A DNA stretch of 64,000 nucleotides from a virus: positions 40,455-104,454 of IMG/VR virus record IMGVR_UViG_3300032116_000057; one strand, 5' to 3'. Positions within the stretch are counted from its first letter, which is position 1, and each line of letters opens with the position of its first letter. Below, one piece after another: positions 48,420 to 56,248 of the stretch. A program made the translations under genes and the position numbers. The notes beneath the pieces are model-generated. The model had not been told where the DNA came from and did no database searches. It saw nothing but the letters and a program-made list of their open reading frames with translations.

Positions 48420-48489
48420 CTCAAATCCTCCATCATGAGGCGTGCAGGGTATAGCAGGGTTCCGGGTTTCCCCGGCGTCATAGATAAGG

Positions 48490-48518
48490 ATAAACAAGAA
48501 AGGCCCCTTTCGGGGCCT
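48490..48518 (-). terminator. intrinsic terminator after the micro-ORF chain
   Basis: AGGCCCC-GAAA-GGGGCCT followed by TTCTTGTTT on the minus strand. Confidence 0.75.
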
Positions 48519-48524
48519 AACTGG

Positions 48525-48812
48525 TTACTTCTTTTTGTGCTTCTTTTTCTTATGTTCCCGCTTCTCTTCTTCGCGCTCGCCCTTTTTGCCTTCCTTGGCT
48601 TCATGGCGTTTTTCGACTTTCTTTTCAGCCTTCTTTTTTAGACGCTCATCGATCTTACGGTCTGCGGTTTGACTCTCAGGCTTATTACGCTTCCCATGGG
48701 CTGTGTCCAATTTTTCAAACTCTTCTTTTTCTTCTTTGGACATTCCTTTAGTAGTTTTGGCGTCCTGCTTTTTGTCATTTTTCTTGTTATAGGGAAGCCG
48801 CTTTCTAGACAT
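48525..48812 (-). CDS. Lys/Glu-rich hypothetical protein
   Basis: TAATG-coupled ORF. Confidence 0.7.
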   Translation of the reverse strand: MSRKRLPYNKKNDKKQDAKTTKGMSKEEKEEFEKLDTAHGKRNKPESQTADRKIDERLKKKAEKKVEKRHEAKEGKKGEREEEKREHKKKKHKKK

Positions 48813-48955
48813 TACATGCCTTTCTTACGAGGCATGGCTTGCTTTTTACCTTGTGCTTTAGAGCTACCCTTTTTACGGAGAATAGCAAAGTCACCGCTGT
48901 CAACCTTATTGTTCTTGTTGGCATCGAGTTTTTTCTGTCCACCTTTTAGCGCCAT
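48812..48955 (-). CDS. 47-aa basic peptide with EF-hand-like loop; not in ORF track
   Basis: MALKGGQKKLDANKNNKVDSGDFAILRKKG...; TAATG at both ends. Confidence 0.7.
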   Translation of the reverse strand: MALKGGQKKLDANKNNKVDSGDFAILRKKGSSKAQGKKQAMPRKKGM

Positions 48956-49086
48956 TATTTCCCTTTCTTGGCAGCCTTTTTACTGGCAGCCTTCTTCTTA
49001 GTACTAGCATACTTCTTGTTGGCAGCGGTTAGAGTCTTCTCGCCGTGCTTATCTTTGGGGCGCATACATCCGCAAGTTGCACACAT
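48955..49086 (-). CDS. 43-aa basic peptide with CxxCxC start; not in ORF track
   Basis: MCATCGCMRPKDKHGEK...KKAASKKAAKKGK. Confidence 0.7.
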   Translation of the reverse strand: MCATCGCMRPKDKHGEKTLTAANKKYASTKKKAASKKAAKKGK

Positions 49087-49092
49087 GTCGGC

Positions 49093-49164
49093 CTACTTAC
49101 AGCACTTGCACTTGCAAGCTTTGGTTTTGCACTTACCTTTTTTGCATCCACATCCAGCGCACAT
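49093..49164 (-). CDS. 23-aa Cys/Lys peptide, metallothionein-like; not in ORF track
   Basis: MCAGCGCKKGKCKTKACKCKCCK; TAATG-coupled. Confidence 0.55.
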   Translation of the reverse strand: MCAGCGCKKGKCKTKACKCKCCK

Positions 49165-49334
49165 TATTTTTTCTTCTTTCTGGCAGCAGCCATATTGTCT
49201 ACGAGGTTAGGATAGGGACGGCCTGCTGCCCGAGCCCTAGCCCTAGCAGAAGCCTTTTGCTTCTTGCTAAGTTTCTTTGATTTACCCGGAGTAGGATCTT
49301 TTTTATCCCAAACAGGCTTATCGCTTTTTGCCAC
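49164..49334 (-). CDS. 56-aa basic peptide; not in ORF track
   Basis: MAKSDKPVWDKKDP...ARARARAAGRPYPNLVDNMAAARKKKK. Confidence 0.7.
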   Translation of the reverse strand: MAKSDKPVWDKKDPTPGKSKKLSKKQKASARARARAAGRPYPNLVDNMAAARKKKK

Positions 49335-49455
49335 TTTTTTTCTTCACTTTCTTAGGGAGCTTCTTACCCTTAGGGGTTTCACCCCCCCACTTTTCAGCCA
49401 TTTTAGGGTCATTAGCATACATCCATTTACGCTGAGCTTCGGATTTAAAGGGCAT
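49318..49455 (-). CDS. 45-aa basic peptide; not in ORF track
   Basis: MPFKSEAQRKWMYANDPKMAEKW...KKLPKKVKKK; TAATG-coupled. Confidence 0.7.
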   Translation of the reverse strand: MPFKSEAQRKWMYANDPKMAEKWGGETPKGKKLPKKVKKKSGKKR

Positions 49456-50072
49456 TAAATACCTGGCACAGTTCCTTCAGGATCCTCATAGAATGAGTAT
49501 CTATCTCTAGGACCAAATGGAGTGTAGGTCGCGTACTCTGCAAACTGTGGGTCATTAATAAGCTCTTCAGCGTTTACCTGGTAGCAGACTACAGAAAATA
49601 AGGTGTAGTCATTAGTAATAATCCCCTTAGGTAGTACCTGTCTAGGGCTAAATACCTGGTTCTTAAATACAACGCGATCTCTTAAAAAAGCATCTGGGTT
49701 TGTAGGTAGGGCTCTTAATTCTGGGATAAGCAACGTCTCACTAGTTGATAGCGAGCTGCCTTCTGCTATATCCATATTTATTGTTATATTTAAAACGTCG
49801 GTGTTGTAGAAACCACGGTCACTAGGCACCGTACTGCCTTGTGTCAAGGTAGCGTTAATAACGGGAATGTGGTATGGGCCAACCCAACGACGTCCCCCAG
49901 TATTAGCTCCAACGTCGTATATGGGGTCAACAACAGTAGCAACAGGGTCATAAAGCCACCACTCTAAGTCATAGCCTACGGTACGTACTATTTCTTTTGT
50001 GGTGCCCTTAATAATCGATCCACGCTCATGATTGATCGTAAATCTGGAACCTTCGACTCGTTCTCCACGCAT
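49455..50072 (-). CDS. head-tail connector / head closure-like protein
   Basis: Beta-rich (RDRVVFKNQVF); position before neck genes. Confidence 0.5.
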   Translation of the reverse strand: MRGERVEGSRFTINHERGSIIKGTTKEIVRTVGYDLEWWLYDPVATVVDPIYDVGANTGGRRWVGPYHIPVINATLTQGSTVPSDRGFYNTDVLNITINMDIAEGSSLSTSETLLIPELRALPTNPDAFLRDRVVFKNQVFSPRQVLPKGIITNDYTLFSVVCYQVNAEELINDPQFAEYATYTPFGPRDRYSFYEDPEGTVPGI

Positions 50073-50119
50073 ATAGAGAGTATATCCCTAAAAGACCTAA
50101 CCTATAGGGTTTACAAAAC

Positions 50120-50854
50120 CTACTTCTTTTGATGATCAATAAAAGGGTTATCCCAGGCATCCCTACCCCTAAAATATTTTCTTCCGGCTGAGTGGGGCTT
50201 TAGCATGTCCTCTTGTTGCCGTTGCCTAGCTAATTCGGTCCCGGCTTTGTACTCTAACTCAATCTCTTCAGGGGTAAACAGTTCGTCTGCATATTTGATG
50301 GTAAAACGATCTGCAAAATATCTAGGTATTGGTATAAAAGCTCCAATAGGATCTCCTGCCTTTATAGTCACATAGATATTAGGTTTGGTGACTTTTAAAT
50401 TAAAGGTAAAATCACGACTAAGATTATCAGTCTCTATTACCCCAGTCATATGCATAAGCCCGTGTTGAGGAAAATTAGGTGGGGTTATAGTCATTAAATT
50501 TATTCCTGGCGGAGTTCGATAATGCCATAAGTTTTGAATTGTTAATATTCCAGAACCAAAATGACCATCAAATCGTTGACATCTAGCGTCTTCATGTTTT
50601 TGATTTATTATAAGGCCATGTATAGAGTCGTCCCCATTCCAATGAACAGTTACGTCTCGTTCAGCTCTTACTATAAACCCATAAACATTTCCTATAGACA
50701 GCGGAAGGCAATAGTAAAAGTGAGAAGTAAACCAATCTCTTTTTTTAATTTCTGTCAGAGGTATTAAAAGCTTATCAATATCCTTTTTGTCTATCCCTGG
50801 TTGTGGTACGACAACTAACGTTTGTTTTGGAACAAAAGTGTCTTTATTAATCAT
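50120..50854 (-). CDS. DUF6065-like protein
   Basis: YYCLPLSIGNVYGF, HFGSGILT, RTPPG.NL...PPN, GVIETD, FTFN. Confidence 0.7.
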   Translation of the reverse strand: MINKDTFVPKQTLVVVPQPGIDKKDIDKLLIPLTEIKKRDWFTSHFYYCLPLSIGNVYGFIVRAERDVTVHWNGDDSIHGLIINQKHEDARCQRFDGHFGSGILTIQNLWHYRTPPGINLMTITPPNFPQHGLMHMTGVIETDNLSRDFTFNLKVTKPNIYVTIKAGDPIGAFIPIPRYFADRFTIKYADELFTPEEIELEYKAGTELARQRQQEDMLKPHSAGRKYFRGRDAWDNPFIDHQKK

Positions 50855-51740
50855 GAGTTGGCACCCCTATTTTGCTTATGTTTAAAGGAACTATATACCC
50901 GGTTAATTTACAAAACTCATCTATAGTTTTTTTAGGGACACCATAAAAACCTTCAAGCTCTCCGCGTATAAATTTGTTTCCCCTAGAGGTATCATTTAAC
51001 ATGTCTAATTTGGGGTGGCCATCATTCCACGGCTTTACGTTACTTTGTATAGCTATTCTATCTTGCGAGTAAAAATGAAAAAATACCGGGTTATTAAAAA
51101 AAACTATTGGGTAGCCGTGATAAAAAGCCCTAATACTTAAACACATCTCATCACAAAAAAAATCTAATTCTGGGTCTTGAGGCACTTTTAACAAAAACTC
51201 TTTTTCAGAAAAAACGCAAGCTCCATGTATATAGTGGTGTTCTGTTAAGTCTTCGGCTTCTTTATGACTAGGCCAATTTCTAAACTGGGCACCTTCTAAT
51301 ACGGCGTGGGACATACGTAAAACCGGTCCTGTTTCTCTGTTTCCATTGGAATATAGTCTATACATCGCGGGGTATGCGCTCAAAACTACTGGGGAATTGA
51401 ATTTTTCTTTTGCTTTTTTATATACATTTATTATGTCGACATCCCAATTTTTTACAGAAAACATGTGTGCGTCTATCTGAAGAACATAATCGTAATCGCT
51501 AAACATGGCGGTTGATAAAGATCGCGCCCAAGTTACGCCGTAAGTTTCTTTTGGATTTACTTTTAGATATCTTAAATTTAAAGTAGGTATAAATGAAAGA
51601 TCTGGATGCTCGTAGTCTTGAGATACTACAGAGAATAAGATACGATCTTTATACTTAGCGTCTTCATAAAAAGAACGAACAGTGTGTTCTAATTCTATTT
51701 CTCTATATGAAGGGACAGAAATAAGTATTTTTTCATGCAT
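50847..51740 (-). CDS. GT60 / Gnt1-like (Skp1-hydroxyproline) N-acetylglucosaminyltransferase
   Basis: ISVPSYRE, GVTWAR, LQIDAHM..WD (DxH), VLSAYP, VPQDP..FFCDE, IRAF..G match the PF11397 GlcNAc family pattern. Confidence 0.8.
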   Translation of the reverse strand: MHEKILISVPSYREIELEHTVRSFYEDAKYKDRILFSVVSQDYEHPDLSFIPTLNLRYLKVNPKETYGVTWARSLSTAMFSDYDYVLQIDAHMFSVKNWDVDIINVYKKAKEKFNSPVVLSAYPAMYRLYSNGNRETGPVLRMSHAVLEGAQFRNWPSHKEAEDLTEHHYIHGACVFSEKEFLLKVPQDPELDFFCDEMCLSIRAFYHGYPIVFFNNPVFFHFYSQDRIAIQSNVKPWNDGHPKLDMLNDTSRGNKFIRGELEGFYGVPKKTIDEFCKLTGYIVPLNISKIGVPTHD

Positions 51741-52300
51741 TAGTACAACGCATACTCTTTAGATTTATCAAAAGTCCAAAAAGAAGCAATCGTGTACCTA
51801 GTGCTATCTTCTATTTTAGTTACGCCATGAAGATGTTCAGGATCACCAGGATGTATAGCTAAGTTTCCAGCTTTTGGTATAACCTCAAAATTATGCTCCG
51901 GGTAGTACGTATGACCCCCAGAATAGTTATCGTTTAAATAAATTATCGCTCCAAATACCCTATGCTCAAAACCTCTATGTTCTGTATTAGTCATGTCGTC
52001 TGCGTGAGGGGGTTGCTCCATTCCGGGAAACCAACGAATAATTTGAGTAAGATCTGCGTAAACTTCTTTGTCTAGGCCGTACTCAAACATAATAGCGTTT
52101 TTAACTTTTATGGTGGCTTCGGCAACAATATCTGCAACTTTAGGGTCTATGTTTTTTCTAAGGTTGGGAAGTCCTAAAGCCCTATTAGACCAAAAATCAT
52201 TGCCCGCACCCTCCCAAGTATCTACTTTAGATACGGTGGTTACTACGTATTCGCAATCTTCTTTAGATAAAAAATTTGATACTACTTTTGGATTAAACAT
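51740..52300 (-). CDS. prolyl-4-hydroxylase-like 2OG-Fe(II) dioxygenase
   Basis: PPHAD, IIYLNDNYSGG, PKAG, HGVT..RYT (HxD..H..R). Confidence 0.88.
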   Translation of the reverse strand: MFNPKVVSNFLSKEDCEYVVTTVSKVDTWEGAGNDFWSNRALGLPNLRKNIDPKVADIVAEATIKVKNAIMFEYGLDKEVYADLTQIIRWFPGMEQPPHADDMTNTEHRGFEHRVFGAIIYLNDNYSGGHTYYPEHNFEVIPKAGNLAIHPGDPEHLHGVTKIEDSTRYTIASFWTFDKSKEYALY

Positions 52301-52310
52301 TTTAGCCCTC

Positions 52311-52571
52311 TTAATCTTCCGTTTTAGACCATTTTCCTACGGGACATTCCGCAAGTTTTAATTTAGTTTTTAGGTGCATTAAACAACCGCATTTTTTACA
52401 CTGGTTTGTAGATTTTGTAAGAAATTCGCAGCCCCTACAAATGTTAAACCTAAGCTCAGCTATAGCGTCGGTAGTGTAATTATCCTTATTTAAAAGTTGC
52501 CAAGGTCTAGTTTCTCCTTGAGCTTCTTTCATATCTTGGAGTTTTTGCTTATATTCTTTCCATGCAGACAT
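52311..52571 (-). CDS. Cys-rich small protein (DUF6171-like)
   Basis: RFNICRGC..QCKKCGC..K....CPVGKW. Confidence 0.7.
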   Translation of the reverse strand: MSAWKEYKQKLQDMKEAQGETRPWQLLNKDNYTTDAIAELRFNICRGCEFLTKSTNQCKKCGCLMHLKTKLKLAECPVGKWSKTED

Positions 52572-52589
52572 GCGTATAGTGTACCCTAC

Positions 52590-53036
52590 TTAATTGGTGT
52601 GGGGTAAAAAGGCGGTTCCGTCATGCACCCAACCAATAGAAACTTCTTGGGAGCAGGGAAATACATGGGCATCAGAGGATAAACCAGCCTGAATCCTATA
52701 AAAATCTTCTGGATCCATATCCTCTTTAACATAGGTAATTGTTCCTACTACATCCTCATCAACAACCACAGCTACCCTACAGATACCTTCTGAAACGCTC
52801 TCAACTTCTGTAGCCGGATATAGCATTTCAGAGTCAGAATAAAAAATTCCATCCTTATATGTGTACGTTTTGTCCACGTTAGGGTAACGGTCGATATTTA
52901 TGACTGATGGATCAGAGCTAAATGCCGCAATCCATCTGTCCCAACTTCTTGTACTAATATCGCTGGGTTGATCAGGTAGGTCCATAGTTAAGAACACATC
53001 GCCTTCAACAACAAATGCAAATCGTTTTGTTAGCAA
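52590..53036 (-). CDS. hypothetical protein with internal duplication, possible fibre chaperone
   Basis: Two similar halves (FAFVVEGDV..AAFSSDP / VAVVVDEDV..AGLSSDA); coupled to the adhesin. Confidence 0.55.
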   Translation of the reverse strand: MLTKRFAFVVEGDVFLTMDLPDQPSDISTRSWDRWIAAFSSDPSVINIDRYPNVDKTYTYKDGIFYSDSEMLYPATEVESVSEGICRVAVVVDEDVVGTITYVKEDMDPEDFYRIQAGLSSDAHVFPCSQEVSIGWVHDGTAFLPHTN

Positions 53037-55096
53037 ACGATGCCTCCCAAGTTAGTACAGTTACCTGCACAGCTTACGGTACCCAGTCTAGCGCACTCTC
53101 CGCCAGGGCCATAACCGTAGACTTCACAGATATCTCCTTGGTTAGGTACACAACCTGGAGGTGGAGGTGGTGGTGGAGGCGGAGGCGGAGGTGGTGGAGG
53201 CGGAGGTGTTGACGGACAGCCAACAAACTCACAAAATCCTAAGAAACACTCATAGCAAGTCGGACAGCTCACATTACTACATGGATCCGCTGGTGGAGGT
53301 GGTGGAGGTGGAGGTGGTGGAGGTGGAGGTGGCGGTGGCGGTGGAGGCGGTGGTGGAGGTGGCGTACAACTATCCTGACATACGTAAGAGTATCCAGATA
53401 TGCTTCCACAACAATTATAGTTTGCTATACGCAAGGCATTACCGCAACACTCAGCTCGGTATACAGTTCCTGAAGGTATTTCATCACACAAACCGCAGCA
53501 ACCGCAATCGTTACACCCACAGGGAGCAGGTGGAGGGGGTGGTGGTGGCGGAGGTGGTGGCGGTGGAGTGCTACAACCAAGACCAACATAGTATGGGCTA
53601 CCATAGTTTGTAGTTCCATCCGAACACTTAGGCCAATAAGTTTGATAGTTAGTGCATCCCGGGCAAGATCCATCAGGGCAGCTTCCGCTACCTACAGGTC
53701 CTTGAGTACTTCCATATTGAGTGCCACAAGTTAATGTAGGGCAGCTGCTTCCAGAGCCGCCACTACCCCCGCAACCAGAAACGTTTACAGCAATACAATT
53801 ACCATAGCTCGTAAGGGTAGCTGCAGGACAACCATCAGTAGTATAGACCCCATCACAGAGTCTTCTATAACCGGTGTAGTTTCCTACGTAGGAATCTTCC
53901 CCGTTACATGTAGGTTGTGTAAACGTATAGGTTTCACAAGATCCACATTGAACAGTACAAGTACGAGCAGTAGCAAAACTACCAGTTTCAGTATAACTAT
54001 TGTTACAGTTATCAGTTCTAGTCCTAGTAGTAGCTGTACCGGATTCAGTGTTGTTAACGCAGTTACCGCTCCAAGTAATACCGCTGTATGACCATGCTGA
54101 GTACGAAGTGATAGTACATCCTCCTGGCCCTGGTGGCGGAGGAGGAGGTGGCGGTGGAGGTGGAGGCGGTGGTGGCGGAGGTGGTGGTGGAGCTACATAT
54201 CCGCATACCACCGAGTTAGATTCTACTAATTTGTCTAATATAAATTCATTATTAGTAACTCCTGCAGAACTATATCGAAGGTACCCAAGACGTTGACGTC
54301 TATTTACTCCGCTGCAATACAACTCATTGAGAAATGTACCGACTTGATAAAAAGATGAAGTCGCTTCGGTAGTTGCGGGAGACGTTATGTAAATATTGTC
54401 TGCAGTGCTACCCTGTTGATCAGAACTTAAAGTTTTAATTAACCCAATATAAGTACCTTGAACAGGAGATGGGGGAGTGACTATTAGCGGCACTGATAAT
54501 TGAGTAGTTGCTAAAAGATCAGAATAAGCGATTATCCTTAACGTTCCGTCTAAAGATTTTACAGAAATGCTATTTATAGACGTGTAGGCAGAACTACTAT
54601 AATTTATTACCGCGGTATATACCGTTGATCTTGTTCCCGACACATTTCTAATAACATCAATAGATGATAGGTATACGCCATCAGACAACGAGTATCTAGG
54701 TACTGCTGCCCACCAATTATTAGAGTCTGTTACCCAAAAAGCTAACCCGACACCGCCGCTAGTACTTACCCTAGCGTCAAAACTAGAGCTATATAAATCT
54801 GCTACGGTTAATGCATTGCTGCTGGGGCTTTCATCACATGATGCTTGTTGAGACCCATTTACTTTCCAAACACCACCACCAAAAGACAACCATGTTTGTC
54901 CACTTTCAGCCGTTCCCAAAGATGATACGGAAGACGCTCTGCTAAAGGTGTCCTCTATTCTAGAAGCAAACCATTGACGCCATTGACCATTAACTTTAAC
55001 GTAGGCAGCAGTAACGGTTTTCCATTGACCGCTTATTTTAACTGAAAGACGAGACGCCGTCCTCCAAGTACCGCCAACCTTCGCTTGACCTGGCAT
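53030..55096 (-). CDS. putative fibre adhesin with four polyproline tracts and Cys-rich modules
   Basis: N-terminal triple (V)KVxGxW motif typical of fibre-tip adhesins; lectin-like beta domain; P20, P13, P24, P17. Confidence 0.75.
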   Translation of the reverse strand: MPGQAKVGGTWRTASRLSVKISGQWKTVTAAYVKVNGQWRQWFASRIEDTFSRASSVSSLGTAESGQTWLSFGGGVWKVNGSQQASCDESPSSNALTVADLYSSSFDARVSTSGGVGLAFWVTDSNNWWAAVPRYSLSDGVYLSSIDVIRNVSGTRSTVYTAVINYSSSAYTSINSISVKSLDGTLRIIAYSDLLATTQLSVPLIVTPPSPVQGTYIGLIKTLSSDQQGSTADNIYITSPATTEATSSFYQVGTFLNELYCSGVNRRQRLGYLRYSSAGVTNNEFILDKLVESNSVVCGYVAPPPPPPPPPPPPPPPPPPPPGPGGCTITSYSAWSYSGITWSGNCVNNTESGTATTRTRTDNCNNSYTETGSFATARTCTVQCGSCETYTFTQPTCNGEDSYVGNYTGYRRLCDGVYTTDGCPAATLTSYGNCIAVNVSGCGGSGGSGSSCPTLTCGTQYGSTQGPVGSGSCPDGSCPGCTNYQTYWPKCSDGTTNYGSPYYVGLGCSTPPPPPPPPPPPPPAPCGCNDCGCCGLCDEIPSGTVYRAECCGNALRIANYNCCGSISGYSYVCQDSCTPPPPPPPPPPPPPPPPPPPPPPPPADPCSNVSCPTCYECFLGFCEFVGCPSTPPPPPPPPPPPPPPPPPGCVPNQGDICEVYGYGPGGECARLGTVSCAGNCTNLGGIVC
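53156..54190. repeat. four (NGG)n coding tracts encoding polyproline on the minus strand
   Basis: 53156-53206, 53291-53362, 53528-53566, 54131-54190. Confidence 0.95.
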
Positions 55097-55332
55097 TAGA
55101 TATACTGCACCCAGAGATCTCCGTCGTTACCTTGCCCAGATGATGGGGCGTTAGTAGAGACGAATGTATTTCTAACAGCAGCTTGTCCAGGATTAGCTGT
55201 AGTAACTGTTCCGTTATTTACAGCAACTGCGCCAATTGATGCCGGAGTAATTCCTAAGCTAGCTGGGTTTAGTTGTGGACTACCAAATTGTTCCCACTGT
55301 CCGGTATTTGCGTTATATCTTCTAATTGCCAT
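55096..55332 (-). CDS. small fibre connector protein
   Basis: C-terminal STNAPSSGQGNDGDLWVQY, a fibre C-terminal motif often found before adhesins. Confidence 0.55.
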   Translation of the reverse strand: MAIRRYNANTGQWEQFGSPQLNPASLGITPASIGAVAVNNGTVTTANPGQAAVRNTFVSTNAPSSGQGNDGDLWVQYI

Positions 55333-55904
55333 TAATTTACTCCATAGACTAATGCGGTACCACTTAAAGTTCCGCTAGAGGCTGTTAAGGTTAAAGTAGT
55401 AAGTGCAGCAGTATTTTTAAATGCTGATGTAGAATCTACTACGGTAACTACATCAGAAGCGTTTGTGTACACCCCCGTCAAAGATGCCCAACGAAATAAA
55501 TCTGTAGTTACCACGTCTGGGATTTCTAATTCAAAATGGTTTGTAGTGATGCCGGTTTTTACGTTTGCTAAAGAGAATAAAGACGAGGCTGTAGGGGCAT
55601 AGTCTGTGGTATTTCCATTTAGAGTAAAGGTTATATTTCCGTTAGAAGATACTGCCAAGTTTCTAAAAACTACATACACATCTTTATATGCAGTAAAAGA
55701 TATTGAAACGTTTGCAGAAGAACCTAATAGGGATACTCCGGAAATAAAGTTTTTTCCAGCATTATTAAAAGCATCAGCATCTAACCAGATGTCGCCTTCA
55801 ACAATTCCCGAGGGAGTGTTTGGTCCTATAAATACTCTACGACCCGGCTTATCGTCAGTAAATACGATTCCTGTCTGGGGTTGACCATTATTCTGAATAG
55901 CCAT
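55332..55904 (-). CDS. virion fibre-associated protein
   Basis: P..GDIWLD; C-terminal GTALVYGVN. Confidence 0.55.
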   Translation of the reverse strand: MAIQNNGQPQTGIVFTDDKPGRRVFIGPNTPSGIVEGDIWLDADAFNNAGKNFISGVSLLGSSANVSISFTAYKDVYVVFRNLAVSSNGNITFTLNGNTTDYAPTASSLFSLANVKTGITTNHFELEIPDVVTTDLFRWASLTGVYTNASDVVTVVDSTSAFKNTAALTTLTLTASSGTLSGTALVYGVN

Positions 55905-55906
55905 GG

Positions 55907-56248
55907 TTACGCTACCTCAGAACCGAATGCCTGGAATGTTAAGTTAGCTGTAGAAGCTACTACAGTAATGGTATCTGAAGCAGATAGTGTAACTCCCAGA
56001 GTAAACGTGGTTGTAGTGTTAGCTGGTACAGAGGTGTCATAAGCAAGATACTGCTTATTATCTAAGGCAGCGTTATCCTCACGAATAGCGATGCGGTAGG
56101 TTGCAGCAGACGTACCTCGGTTGCAGATTACGATGGTGGATACGACAGCCGCACTACCTGCGGTTGAAGGTACTGCGTATAGCTGACTACCTCCAGATAC
56201 GTTAGCTGCCGGGGCTACTTGCCCTAGGATCTTGTATGTTGTTGCCAA
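55907..56248 (-). CDS. virion structural protein
   Basis: YKILGQVAP...LYAVP...STIVICNR...FQAFGSE; beta-rich. Confidence 0.55.
   Translation of the reverse strand: MATTYKILGQVAPAANVSGGSQLYAVPSTAGSAAVVSTIVICNRGTSAATYRIAIREDNAALDNKQYLAYDTSVPANTTTTFTLGVTLSASDTITVVASTANLTFQAFGSEVA

Noticed and set aside
53156-54190. G-rich tracts as assembly artefact, contingency locus or G-quadruplex element
   Set aside because: The third codon position varies while frame and Pro coding are kept; best explained by protein-level selection.
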